A stretch of DNA of 63,650 nt, the filler included, from Nemertoderma westbladi (Eukaryota; Animalia; Xenacoelomorpha): NCBI GenBank assembly GCA_032718475.1. It is 4 parts of 4 records of this genome, joined end to end, with 100 filler letters (N's around TTAATTAATTAA, not from the genome) between each part and the next. Parts side by side here need not be neighbours in the genome. Positions count along the whole stretch, not along the records: positions 1 to 21,554 come from JAUCBJ010000936.1; 3 more parts are not named here. One strand, written 5' to 3'. Numbering within the stretch: position 1 is the stretch's first letter; every line of letters starts with the position of its first letter. This document shows positions 1 to 11,917 of the stretch, one piece after another. The notes beneath the pieces are model-generated. The model ran no database searches, was not told the DNA's origin, and saw only the letters and a list, made by a program, of their open reading frames with translations. The translations under genes and the position numbers were made by a program.

Positions 1-399
1 GACGGCTCTGCGTATATCTCAGTACAGCAGTATCGCACACCGCATATGCAGTACAGCAGTATCTCAGTATCGCACTCTGTACCGCATATCAGCATATGAA
101 AGTCGCATACGAAAGAGGTACTTACGATACGACCATCGGTTCCGCCATTCCACTTCCATGGGGTCCCCGACGCCTTGCGTTCCTGCACCTCCTTCAGCGT
201 TACGAGTAAGTTGCCGATTCCGATTGAAAACCGGCAAATTTCTTACCTCAATGCAGCAATGAGAAGGACCGTATCGGTTAGTTATGGTAAACTCTGTTGC
301 TGGTATCGATTTGTGGGTGGCTGATATTCCGGAGTTGGTAAAAATGGATTCATGGACGTTTTTATAAAGCGGAAAAACCACTGAATGCTGAATGCGGTT

Positions 400-900
400 C
401 TTTTTATATTTGAAAACGAGAGATATTTTGGACGGATTGATCTAAGTCAGAGAGAACCTGAGAACTCTTGTGCACTGATATCTACAGATCTACGTTTCAG
501 CACAGAGTTCTACCGACGAGAAACTCTCTCTGCATTACTGTCTCGGTTGTTATAACCAACTTTTCCGATGGCCACGACTGACAGAAGTCGTTGCTGCGTT
601 TCGCCGTTCTCCGGATTCAACCACTAAATAATGGTAATTTAAAGAAGGCCCACCTCACCAACTCGTTCGGAGAGTGGTTGAATCCGGTTTCTGAAAATAT
701 GAGAGCCAGTTGGAGTTCTTGTCCCGTCATCTGGAACTTCATTGAGGCTCTAAAACGTACTCCAAGTCTGACTACCTGGTGGCGATACAGGGATTCCCGA
801 AGATGCCGTATACGATCTTGAAACTTAGCGATTTTACCATCAGAACGAAAAATGCGATCTCTAAAACAGGCAGTAAATAGTCGAATCTTAAAATAATGGT
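400..900 (+). pseudogene. Degraded Mutator (MULE)-like transposase C-terminal fragment
   Basis: ORF 591-821 contains LTNSFGEWLN...PVIWNFIEALK, resembling the MULE C-terminal TNNxxExW...HPxIWxFIxxLK motif; the surrounding frames are broken. Confidence 0.4.
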
Positions 901-1176
901 GTATAAACATTATCTTAGTTAACTACTGGTGTGTGAACGTACATTTATTTTATTCATTATGTTATCTTAATGCGTCATTAAATAAACTTCAATCTGCCTT
1001 CAAGAAAGTACGTACACCTGTGGTAGATTCTGTTTGATTTGTTTTTGTTATACATTTATTTTTTATGGTTAATTATACTTGTTAACTGTACAGCAATTTT
1101 ATTATAGGCCATTGTAGTATGTACAGTACAGCATTACATGCAAAGTGCACTTGGCAGTATTATGAGTTAACGACCC

Positions 1177-1380
1177 TTGGGGAACTGACTGGACGCAATA
1201 AAAATTCATCCCTCTCCAGGGGAAATTCGATGCAAATAACAGCTGATTACTCTCGAAAATAATACTGTAACCTGTTCTATTGTGTGTAGTTTATTGTTTT
1301 GGTTAAAATAACGTGCCGCTGTAACCTGCTCCTTTCCCTAAATTGAGAATTTAACATAGAGGTGGGATATAAATTTTATG
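1177..1380 (+). repeat. Dispersed MITE-like repeat family A
   Basis: Near-identical to 45785-45990; partial copies at about 20975-21160 (+) and 21385-21500 (-); core TTTATTGTTTTGGTTA...CTGTAACCTGCTCCTTTCCC. Confidence 0.75.
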
Positions 1381-1720
1381 GTCTTTATTTAATTTAAATG
1401 AATTACTTATGTTGACTCTTTGATTTCTTGTTTAATTAGTGTTAGATACTATATTTGTTATTCTGATGTCTAAATTTGCTGATATTGAGAATTAGAAATA
1501 AATGGATACATTGTGTCTGCTTTGTTTTATTTCATTATTCATATTGTTTTAGTGTGAAACGCAATTTGTATAGTAATAAATGTTAAATAATAATTGATAT
1601 ATTATTTTTATTCGAAAATGTAAATTTATGAAACTCAGGCAGATCAGGATCTATATATAATGACGTATAGATAAGACCGGTGAGATTCAGTCCGTCCATA
1701 GAAAGCAGCATATGAGATAG

Positions 1721-1924
1721 GAAGGCGTTCATAAAGTAGGTCACGCAAATTTTACAGATTTTTGACCCCCACCCCCCCCCCCCCCCCACCCTCTGTCACA
1801 AAGTGTCATGCAAGTTCGACCCCCCTACCCTCTGTAGCAATTTGTAGGCCTAATACCCCCAAACAATACCCCCCCCCCCCCCCCCCCCCCCCCCCTGTGC
1901 GTGACATAATTTATGAACGCCCCC
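1721..1924. mobile_element. PIF/Harbinger-like MITE with C-runs
   Basis: TIRs GGCGTTCATAAA..GTCACGCA / TGCGTGAC..TTTATGAACGCC; TAG on both flanks (1718-1720, 1925-1927). Confidence 0.7.
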
Positions 1925-2477
1925 TAGGCACCTTTTACGGGGAGATACTCGTCTCTATACCGCCTTAAAGCGAATCGACCTGGTATCATATAAAGTGCTA
2001 GATCGGTATATCACAAATAATAAATAACAAAAATATAATAAAACGTATAAAAAAAAGATGACAATATTTGAGTATCTCACTTACATTAAAGTATGACACT
2101 TATACAATGCCCTTAAACAAAAATTAGATTCATCTTGATGTTTCATTAAAAATTGGAAGAATAACACCCGTACAGTCACCATATATTCCGAAGTCAATAC
2201 ATTTTTATATTTTCAAATTACATGGTTGAGACGTACTAATCTTTCTAAGTGCCTCTTTAAAACTTGGTATACCCTCTAAAACTAAGTAGTTGTACATATA
2301 ATTACATTCAAAGCCCTTGCTAGAAACTTTCTAAGCTTTCAAAGTATATGCATTAAACTTGCTATACTTAGTAGAACTACGTAGTTGCACTTAAAGATAT
2401 GTTAAGTACTTACAACATACTTGGTCCACACCATTGCTAAAACTTAAAAGGCTAGCTTTGCAAATATCGCAAGTTAT

Positions 2478-3386
2478 TTAAATAGGGTGGTCTGTCCCAA
2501 TTAACATCGCAATGGAACGATAATTAACAGGACATTCCGGTATTCCAAGGTGTCAGAAATACTTACGATCTTCTGGTGATTGCTCTGGCACAGGGCCTAG
2601 CAAGTTACTAAAGTCCTTCGTAGCTGCAAAGGTCAAATTTCTTACCGGAAGTAATGAGCGCTCCTCCTTGCTGTGTTCCGCTTTGGAAAGAAGAGTGTCT
2701 AAGGTTAGTTTTACTCTCGTCACAGGGATCGCTCTCTTACCATGCATGCTGCTTACAGTATACTGAGCAATCTTACCTTGACTCATGTCCGTAACTACGT
2801 CGGCTACTTGTTCGTCGACATAGCTATGCGATGACGCAGAGTCTAAGATGGCGTATATACGCTTGCTCCCTCGGGTTCCGGTAATCTTTATAGGAATCAC
2901 GCTAAACCCTTTCAGTTGGTTCTGTGTGAGGAGCGTTATCGAAGGTTGTTCCTCACCTGCATGCACGTAGAAAGTGTCGTCTTCCTCCTCGTCCTCGTCC
3001 GATGATCCTGACTGATCCATACAGTCGGTATAAAAGGTACGGATCTCGCGCGGCGCACGCTCCTTATAAAGCGCGTCGCATCTAGCCGCTTTATCTGGAT
3101 GCTCTCGTCGAAAGCGTCTGGTCGGAGTATGACTGGTTGTGTGAAGCAACGCGTCATGGTTACGTCCACACAGAGAACATGTATCGTCGCTCGGGCAATC
3201 CTTCCGGACGTGTCCTGGCTTCATACATCTCCAACAGGAATCTAGAGATCGGATTTGGAGTCTCCTCTCCTCGATCCCTAACTCTTTAAAAGCGCGACAT
3301 CCACGTAGTTTATGTCCGCTATGGTTTCTGCCGTTCCGCTCGCAGTATGAGCATCCCACAAAGTCCGCCGGCAACTGTTGTCGTGG
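2478..3386 (-). pseudogene. BEL/Pao zinc knuckles plus aspartic protease, in frame with gag across TAG (3387) and TGA (2553)
   Basis: CSYC..H..C, CWRCMKPGHVRKDC, CSLCGRNHDALLH, AILDSASSHSY; past the TGA the frame continues to LIGTDHPI* at 2478. Confidence 0.8.
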
Positions 3387-6300
3387 CTACGTGGTGCCGA
3401 TAGGCGTCAGAACTTTAGAAGTCTCAGTAGGGGTGGCGTAAGTAACGGCTTTCGCGTTCGTCGGAAACGGTTTTGTCCGAGTCGGCGCAGAAACAGCTAT
3501 CCCTTCCGCCGCGATATGGTGATCGGTATAGTTCGATCGAGTCTCGATCACGGCCTCCCGTGAAATAAGTTGATAGACATCGGTGAGTTTTAATAACCCT
3601 CCGGCCTCTTCGCGCTGGTACTCGATGCGTCGCCATTCTCGTCGTAGTCGATGGTGAAGTCGACTGATTATTCGAATGAGAACCGTCGGTGCGTTAGCGT
3701 ACTCGAGTTGTCCAATGGACCGTAAAGTCCCTATAGCGTTCTTTATTTCGTCCGCGAGTCGTAAAAGGTCGATCGGTCTCGAAATGTTGCCTCCTCTGCA
3801 GAGGTCTTCAATATTGGATTTAGCCATGGCGACATTACCTCCGTAAATCGAATATAAACGGTCGTACGCCAATTCAAAGGCATCGGGAACTCCAATAAAG
3901 GTTTCCGCTAATCGTTTCGGCTCACCAGACAGAACTTGGAGCAAGTAATTAAACTTCTCCGTCGAGGTGAAAGCACACTTAGCGATCTGGGACTCTACGT
4001 AGTCTACCAGTGTGCGCCAGTGTTTCGCGTTGCCAGAGAACTTCGGCGGTTGCTGTGCCGGTAATCCGTGTCTAGCCGCGAATTTCGCAATCTCGCTAAC
4101 CAAATCCAACTGTCCGCGTCCCTGTTCGGCGTCGTCGTCCAGTCGCTCCCTTCCGTGCGTTGTTCGTCGGTAGGAATTATTAACGGGATCTTCTTCTCGA
4201 TGTGTCGGAGTCCGTCTAGTCTCCTGTTCTCTCCTCGGTGGTCGATGTTGTCTAGGTTGTTCCAATTCCATGCTGGTTCGTGATCGATCCGACGGTTGCG
4301 CTTCGAGTCGCTCTTCTATCTGAGCTAGTCGGTCCGCTACAGGTCGCATTATTTCGGCGAGTCTGTTGGTGCTGATCGCTTCCGCTGGTTGCAACGTGGG
4401 TTTCTGTTGGGGTGTTTCTCGAGGTGGATTGTCGATGTAGGGATTCGTCGACCTCTCCTCTCGTTTGTAATCTTCCGCCGCTCCAGTACGGAATATTTCC
4501 CGTTCCGTCGACTCCGAGTCGCTAGATGAGTCGCTGTCGTCCGGATAAGGTGGCTGGCGGGTTCGTGTCCGGCGTATTATTCTTGGTCTCGTCCGTTGTG
4601 GTTCGGAATCTACGGCTCTTCGTTGTTTGGCAGGCTCGCAAGCCTTCCACGAAGTCGTAGGTGTCGCTATACGTTGTCCGATCCCGTGGGTACTACCCAC
4701 ATCCATCCTCCTCCGTAGTTCGGTAGGCTCGCAAGCCTTCCACGAAGTCGTAGGTTGCGTCGAACATTGTGTCAACGGTCGAGTGAAATAGTCGGGTTTC
4801 GTAGTCAGTCTGTAAATAACTGGATTTGCACAGCACGTTACAGGTTTAACTTGTAATGGTTTACTCACCTGTTTAATGGTCATAAACGCAGGTTCCTCTC
4901 TTCCTACAAGTAGACTACAACTTACTGTAGGTGGACTAGTTATGTTACCTGCTAAAATTGGCGATGAAGTCGCCCTAGGTTGCGGTATTTCCGTCACAAC
5001 AAACCTGTTGCCTTGCGTCGAACGCACAGGCGTTATTTCCTTAGGTTTCGTAACGAAGACCGATTTTATCGGAGTCGTGGGTTTGAGCATAGGAATAACT
5101 TGGGGAAAACGTTTACAGTAATCCTCGACGAACTCCTCTCCTCGATCTATCGCTCCCACACTTCCTTCCTCGATCCGCTTCTGTATTCCGCGATATCGAG
5201 CTTCCATACGATCCAGGGCAGACAAGTCGTGTCCAGTTCGCGACCTTATAGATCTATCTCTCGCGTCGAGTTCGAGGTCCGCTTGCGCGTTCGCTGTCTC
5301 GCGCGATCTACGATTCAATTCGAACTGTAGTTGCATCTCCCTTTCGCGTCGATCCGCTACTTGTTGTTGTGCCGCTAACTCCGCTTCCTGTATAGCTAAA
5401 CGTGCGTTTATTTGTCGTGCCTCCAACTTGGCGCGAGCGTCGGACGCTGCCTTCTTCTGTGCTAACTCAGCTGCGTTTACCGCCGCAACTCGTACTAGCT
5501 CGTCGGCTGCCGTCTGTCGTGCTAACTCGTCCGCTGCTGCTGCCGCGGCCGCTTCTTGCGCTAAGTTTTCCTCTAGTCTGCGCATTTCCGAAGCTTCGAA
5601 TTCGGCTTGCGCCTTGAGTTGCGCAATTCTTGCCTCGTCCTCTCTATGTTGTTTCTCTCCTTCGATGGCGATCTGTGCCATCTGGTGTTGCGCTTCTTCT
5701 TTGGCGACTTGTTGTCGGCGTGCAACCTCCTGTTGTTGTCGAGTAATTCCAGACGCTGTTCTACTAACGTCGCCAACGTTGCCAACGTCGCTCCGTACGC
5801 TAACGAACGATCTATCCAGTGGTGGATGTTGGTAGGCTCGCGAGCCTTCCGTAGTGAGAACTTCCGTCGTCCCTCGCGGTTCGACTTCCGGTTCGTCGAT
5901 CGGTACGCCGCATCTACGAAGAAAATTGGTCAGCGTTTCCAACCTTCCGTCCAGGCAGTAGAGTTCTTCTTCCTCTTCGGGTTGTAACAACGCGTCCGAA
6001 ACTGACTCACCCAGCAGTTGGTCAAACTGCTCCTGTTGAGCCAATCTTATTACTGACTTAAACTGGATAATGCTTTCTCTCGCACTTACTAATTTATCTA
6101 CTATCTTTACCTGAGTAAAGTTGTCGCCACGCAACTCTGCAAGTTCGTGTAAACCTCTAAGTTTATCTACGGAGGCATGTACCCTACTTTCTATCCTTAC
6201 CTGTAAGGTGTAGAACTCGTATCTCGACATCGGGGCGGTTAACTCGTGTAAAACGCGAAAACCTTCTCCGAGGTTCCGAGTAATCTGGGCCATGTGTCCT

Positions 6301-6575
6301 CCTATACTTCTAATAACGTTCTCCTGGCTTCCAGTCGAACTTACCATGTCCGGTTCCCGCGATCTAGTCTGCGGGACGGTAAGGAAATCTTCGATTCTGC
6401 CGTCGCCACGCGTTGCGGCTTCCAGAATTTCCGTTCGGGGTACCGGCGACGCAAGCGGTGTGACATCGGTGGAATCCCGGGTTCTCCTTCTCGGTTCGTC
6501 TACTGTCGATCTGTCCGGGTCGCACGAGTCATAGTCGGTAGGTGGGTATCTCGTCGAATGGGGTGTGTCACTCAT
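3387..6575 (-). CDS. gag: BEL/Pao Gag (coiled coil plus DUF1759-type capsid region), 1062 aa
   Basis: PPKFSGNAKHW...EKFNYLLQVLSGEPKRL and IISRLHHRLRREW motifs typical of BEL/Pao gag. Confidence 0.85.
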   Translation of the reverse strand: MSDTPHSTRYPPTDYDSCDPDRSTVDEPRRRTRDSTDVTPLASPVPRTEILEAATRGDGRIEDFLTVPQTRSREPDMVSSTGSQENVIRSIGGHMAQITRNLGEGFRVLHELTAPMSRYEFYTLQVRIESRVHASVDKLRGLHELAELRGDNFTQVKIVDKLVSARESIIQFKSVIRLAQQEQFDQLLGESVSDALLQPEEEEELYCLDGRLETLTNFLRRCGVPIDEPEVEPRGTTEVLTTEGSRAYQHPPLDRSFVSVRSDVGNVGDVSRTASGITRQQQEVARRQQVAKEEAQHQMAQIAIEGEKQHREDEARIAQLKAQAEFEASEMRRLEENLAQEAAAAAAADELARQTAADELVRVAAVNAAELAQKKAASDARAKLEARQINARLAIQEAELAAQQQVADRREREMQLQFELNRRSRETANAQADLELDARDRSIRSRTGHDLSALDRMEARYRGIQKRIEEGSVGAIDRGEEFVEDYCKRFPQVIPMLKPTTPIKSVFVTKPKEITPVRSTQGNRFVVTEIPQPRATSSPILAGNITSPPTVSCSLLVGREEPAFMTIKQVSKPLQVKPVTCCANPVIYRLTTKPDYFTRPLTQCSTQPTTSWKACEPTELRRRMDVGSTHGIGQRIATPTTSWKACEPAKQRRAVDSEPQRTRPRIIRRTRTRQPPYPDDSDSSSDSESTEREIFRTGAAEDYKREERSTNPYIDNPPRETPQQKPTLQPAEAISTNRLAEIMRPVADRLAQIEERLEAQPSDRSRTSMELEQPRQHRPPRREQETRRTPTHREEDPVNNSYRRTTHGRERLDDDAEQGRGQLDLVSEIAKFAARHGLPAQQPPKFSGNAKHWRTLVDYVESQIAKCAFTSTEKFNYLLQVLSGEPKRLAETFIGVPDAFELAYDRLYSIYGGNVAMAKSNIEDLCRGGNISRPIDLLRLADEIKNAIGTLRSIGQLEYANAPTVLIRIISRLHHRLRREWRRIEYQREEAGGLLKLTDVYQLISREAVIETRSNYTDHHIAAEGIAVSAPTRTKPFPTNAKAVTYATPTETSKVLTPIGTT

Positions 6576-7479
6576 GTCTTATTATATACGTCAAGTACGG
6601 GTAATAAAATGTCAAAGTGTCTGAATGTTGAAGTGTCAAACTTACCTTGGTATATATAGTATATATATACCCTAACCGGTACAAATAAATCAACAAGTCA
6701 GAATGTCGAAATGTCAAAATGTCGAAATATACAAATGTCAAACTTACCTTGATATATATATGAATCATATATATACCCTAACCGGTACAAATAAAACTAA
6801 CAAGGTATATAATAAAATAAGTAGTAATCTAGCCTACCGGCTAAATTTGTACGAATAAATGAGATAACGATATACGTTAACAAAATATAGATCAACAAGT
6901 ACAAACAATAGGCGCAAACAGCAACGTCTAACGGGAAAATAAGTACCAACAACACTACTAATAGACAGTGAAACCCACAAATTTTGAGTACTACTGTGCT
7001 TTCTTAAGTTTGAACGACGCGAGTCGTAAAACTTACGTTCCTTTGATCTTCCAGTCGTACAAATTCCCAAATACAAACCGGACGTGGGTCTTTCCGTTTT
7101 TCGGCGGCGCGGACGAATTTATTGTCTCCCAAACTTTGCGAAAAGCGGTCTAATCCTCGAAGCGGTCCAGAAATGAGTCCTTGAGTCCTGAAAAGGTCGA
7201 AGGTGAGAGTTTTACTTCTACGCTTACGAAAAATCTTCCTAGGTACCGATACAAATTGGTCTTTAAACCCTATGTACCTTTTCAAGTACCGAAAGTAACA
7301 CCGCACACACACGGTGTAAAACAAAGTGCTACAAACTAACTGTTAGCTAGTCAAATATTAAATACGAAAGTACTAGCTACCCTAAGAGCCTACTGAAGCA
7401 GGGGACGTTCTAAATTACTAAATTTACTAACCTTAAATTTTAAATATCTCCTACTTTCAATAGCTGGCAGATCTAAACA

Positions 7480-7672
7480 ATACTATACACTAATTTCAGA
7501 ATTTGTATAATATACTTTCCTATACCGTAAGGTAGGAATACTATACACTATGATAGAAGTACTATATACTAATTTATATAAAATACTTCCTACTGTAAGG
7601 TAGGAATATTTTACACTACGATAGAAGTACTATACACTAATTTCAGAATTTGTATAATATACTTCCTACTGT
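7480..7672. repeat. Tandem repeats (about 70 bp) in the BEL leader; a second duplication lies at about 6630-6795
   Basis: Repeated TACTATACACTAATTT...CCTACTGTAAGG; TGTCAAACTTACCTTG...CCCTAACCGGTACAAATAAA occurs twice. Confidence 0.65.
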
Positions 7673-9696
7673 AAGGGTCCAGTAGTATACCGCTTACCAG
7701 ATCCTAGTAATGATGTATCTTACTATGAGACTCTAGTAATGTATACGGGCTCGTACAGTATCTGACAACAAATCCCAGTCCAGGATATCTAAACAAACAG
7801 ATACAATACACAAACGACTACTGGCGAGGAACAGAGCCTAGTATCTATTCTATGTACGTGAGCGGGTCTAATGCCTACGTACTAGACAAAAGGATACCTG
7901 TCCTCTAACCGGTGAGGCAGATGTACAGTTACAGTAACAGACCAAACTCACGGGAAAACAATCCCCGCGCAGCGAATCCTAACTATCACTGACAGTCCTA
8001 AATACAGTAACTTGCCGCGGTGTGATTTATATGGTTTATATACGAACTAGGTGGTTAACAGACCTAGTGTAACAATGCTGATTACCCCTGTCTAAATCAG
8101 CCTAAAAGGTCGTGCCTAAATGTAACGATAACTGATCCCCCTGTACGAAATCAGTCTAAAGGGTCAAGCCTAAATGTAACAATACTGCTGGACAGAAATC
8201 AACAGTTTAATAACGAAAGTGAAATACTCCTTATTGCCGCAACTAAATCAGATCCTAATTTTACAAATACAGATAATTTCTGCCTAAAGTAATGTATAGT
8301 GCGCTATAGCTAGTAGAACTCTAAGGGCAATATGTTTTAGGGCGTGTGTGTGTGTGTGTGTTACAAATAAAACAATTTCGTGTAATTCCTTTTACTAGGT
8401 TTTAGTGATTTTCTGACCGAAATGATACCGTGCGCTAGCTACTAAAATAAACTAGTCGCGTTTTGTAGAACTTTATACTCACAAATGACGTCAAAGCTCT
8501 CTCCTTCCTATCCACAACCCAATGGGCAACCACAGTGTTAGTAACTACACTGATTCTGGTTGTAAGATAAGAAATAGGGGTTAATCACTACCGTACGTTA
8601 GCTGATCTGGTATACTAATTTAATTCTAGAACTTTGTTGCTGCGGTAGTTAGCAGCAATACCTATCAGTACGTGGCAAGGCGCGGTAGGATATTAATAAA
8701 CCTCCCTAGGCCAAGCAGTGCCGGTAGCAGAAATACTCCTTGCCTGATCAAATAGCTAACTCCAGACAGGGGGGGGGGGGGGGGGGGGGGGGGTACTAAT
8801 GTACGTTCTACAAAGCGAACCGGTACCAAACAGTCAGTGCTACGAATCACTAAATTATGGAACATATGCTGTCCATACCTAATATGTACTCGCGTACTGA
8901 CGAATGGCAATAGTTCGCACCTGTAGGAAGTACAGGTTAACCCAGGGGTTCGTAGGACTGACAAGGGGGGGTGTTTCTGTCTGAATATAATTATTTGATC
9001 CTAAATTTGCGGCGTCCAGGACGGCGTCACGCTTACCCTGATCTATAGGTCTTACGGCGGGCAAGGGCGTCGAACAAAGTCTTACCTTTCTCACAAAGCG
9101 GGCGCTGCATGGCAAGTGGAGTATTTCGAAGGGGCGAAGGGGGTGCGCGGTCAATCCAATGTGGGCGCTAGCGTGTTGTGGACATCTTTTCCCTGCGTTG
9201 CTTACGGCCTAACGGTCTAGGCTGCCATCTCCCTGATGTTTGGCTGTCCCAAAGTTGGACCAAAAGAAAACATGTTCAGGAATTTGCAGTATATTTACAG
9301 TTTTACAAAGGATTTATCAAATAAAGTTTCAACAAGAAACCAAATAAACTAACAGTAATTTAGATGTTCTAAGAAGTAGGAGTTATAAGGGTAAGAAGGG
9401 GTAACGTGAATAACGAAACGTAACGTGAATTATTATTATTATTATATCTCTTTTATTTGCTAAAAACTCATTCAAATATATATTTGCACGAGGCAGTTAA
9501 TACATACAGTATTTACTGATAATTATAAGCAAATAAGCGTCACAGGGTTCCAGGTAACAGCTAGGCTGCACCGTGTACAGTACAAATATACAGTATGAGG
9601 AATCGAGTAGGCCTACAGTACAATCATTATTACATTACATCTACAGTATAATAAATAATGTTCTATTAATTGGCGGCAGTCACAGGTGCAAATCCG

Positions 9697-11826
9697 CTAG
9701 GTTGCATCCTCATGGCTATATTTCGATAGGAACTGTTTTTTTAACTTTGTTTTGAAATATTTTAGTTTTGTAATTTCTTTTATTTTAATTGGTAGTGCAT
9801 TCCATAATTTTATAAGATTCACGAGTAAACTTTCATGTCCGTATCTGTTTCTAGTTTTAGGTATGATTATGTTTTTTGTTCGATTGTTTAGTCTAATGTT
9901 TATTTTGGGTAAAAAAGGATGGTCTAATGCTTTAAATGGTTCTGATAGGTTGTTTATGTATTTAAAAAATTATATTAATCCGAAATATTCTCTTACAGCT
10001 TTTAGGGTTGGTATTTTGGCTTTTTCTCGTAGTTCAGTTCCTGTTGAGTCCCTAATCCGTTTCCCAAAGATAGTTCGTAGTGCGTAATTTTGTACTTTTT
10101 CAAATTTGTATAGTATTTCCTTGTGTCCGTATTTATCATGTAGTGGGACTAATAGTTGGTTACAGTAAAGATGGTACGGCAATGTTAGTGCTTTTAGTAG
10201 TTGTAATTTTGTTTTTATTGTTAGTTGTCCCTTTATTGAGCGGAGGCAAGATATACTGAGTGTCATTTTCTGTATTGTTTTAGTTATATGATGGTGCCAT
10301 TGTAGTTTTTTATCTAATTCTACTCCTAGGTATTTAACCGTGGTTGATTGTGAGATCGGATCTTTTGTTCCTATGTCAAGATTTATTTCGTCTGTATTGA
10401 AGTCAGTTGATGTCTGTTGTTTTGGTGATAGTAGTAAGAATTCAGTCTTGGAGTGGTTCAGTTTCAAGTGATGTTGCACAAATGTTTTGTTTAATAGTAT
10501 AATTTCGTTTTGTAGTAATTTTGCAGCCAGCTGTGGATTTGTGCCTGTAGTGTATATTACTGTATCGTCTGCGTATTGAATGATAGTTGAAGATTTTGCT
10601 GTATCTGGTATGTTGTTTGTATACAATGTGAAGAGAAGTGGTGCCAGTATTGTTCCTTGTGGTAGGCCACAGATTTCCGTTAACCATGGTGATGTTGAGT
10701 TTTCTAGTTTTACTCTTTGTCGTCTATCAGTCAAATAATTTTTTATAAGAAGTTGAGATGTGGAATGAAAACCTAACGTTGCAAGTCTGTGTAGTAATAT
10801 TTGTCGGTTTACTGAGTTGAAGGCCTTGCTGAGATCCAGGAATGCTATTGCAATGTAATTATTTTCGTCAAGCTTTTTTCTCCAGGATTCTGAGAGATAT
10901 GTTAGTGCGTCAACAGTTGAAAACCCTTTTCGGAATCCAAATTGCTTAGAATAGATTATTTTGTGTTTATTTATATAATGTATAATTTGATTATAAAGTA
11001 CTCGTTCAAATATTTTAGCAAATGGCGTAGTCATTGCGACAGGTCTGTAATTTGTTGGTTCATGTGGATCACCTGATTTAAATATGGGAGTGATATTTAC
11101 AAGTTTTAGTTTGTCTGGAAAAAGTGACTTGGTGATACATTGATTTAATATGTAAGTTAATTGATATGTTATATGCGGGGCTATATTCTTGATAATTTTT
11201 ATCGGTATTAAAGATGGTCCACTGGATTTTTTCGCATTTAAATTATTTATGATGTTGTATACGTCTGATGATGTTATACATTGGAAGGAGAAAGTATCCT
11301 TAATGTTTGTTCCTACTACCGTTACTCCAAGTGTTTTCATATTTGCATCAACGCTAACGTAACGAACAAAATATATAATTATCAAACTGAAAATAATTCT
11401 GATCATACGGTATCTATATTTGTCGTTGCGGGTAAACTTGAAATAGTGAATTCTGCCCTTCCCCCTGTGACGACTGTATTTTAAGTAATTATTTATTATT
11501 GTGTACGCGTATAATATTGCAATAGGTAAAAACGCAAGTAGTACTAGTGCAATTACAGTACAAATTAAGATATAGAATACTGCTAGTAAAATCACAAATG
11601 ATGTCAAAATAACGATTAATAATGTTATCTTAATATAATTTGTATACATTGATATTAATAAAAGCATAAAAATTGCTGTTAAGTATGATAATATTAGAGA
11701 TTCTGTAAATATGAAAAATAATTGATTATACATGTAGTTGCTCAAATTAAAATCAATATCACAAATGCTGATTGAGTCATTAACTAATATAGTATCTTTA
11801 GTCAGTGTGAATAATAATATTACCAT
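9697..11826 (-). CDS. LINE ORF2: hydrophobic N-terminus plus reverse transcriptase, no APE domain; one in-frame TAA at 9970
   Basis: KSSGP, NYRPVA, QFGFRKG, FLDLSKAF, GLPQGTILAPLLF, YADD, KYLG; after the TAA the frame continues ...LWNALP...KLKKQFLSKY to TAG at 9697. Confidence 0.85.
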
Positions 11827-11917
11827 AAAAATATTTAAAATATTGAATGCTGTATTTTAGTCATTGTGGTTTAATTGGTTTAATTGGGGTGTTTGTATGC
11901 ATAAATAATATATTGAT

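Larger units (their letters stand above)
2478..9430 (-). mobile_element. BEL/Pao LTR retrotransposon, gag-protease part only (no RT/RNase H/IN)
   Basis: gag and protease ORFs below, leader of about 2.7 kb, putative LTR end ...GAACA at 9273 followed by TTTTGGTCC (PBS-like). Confidence 0.8.

Noticed and set aside
3375-3389. Programmed stop-codon readthrough between gag and protease
   Set aside because: BEL/Pao usually has one ORF, the stop precedes the zinc knuckles, and a second stop follows; point mutation is simpler
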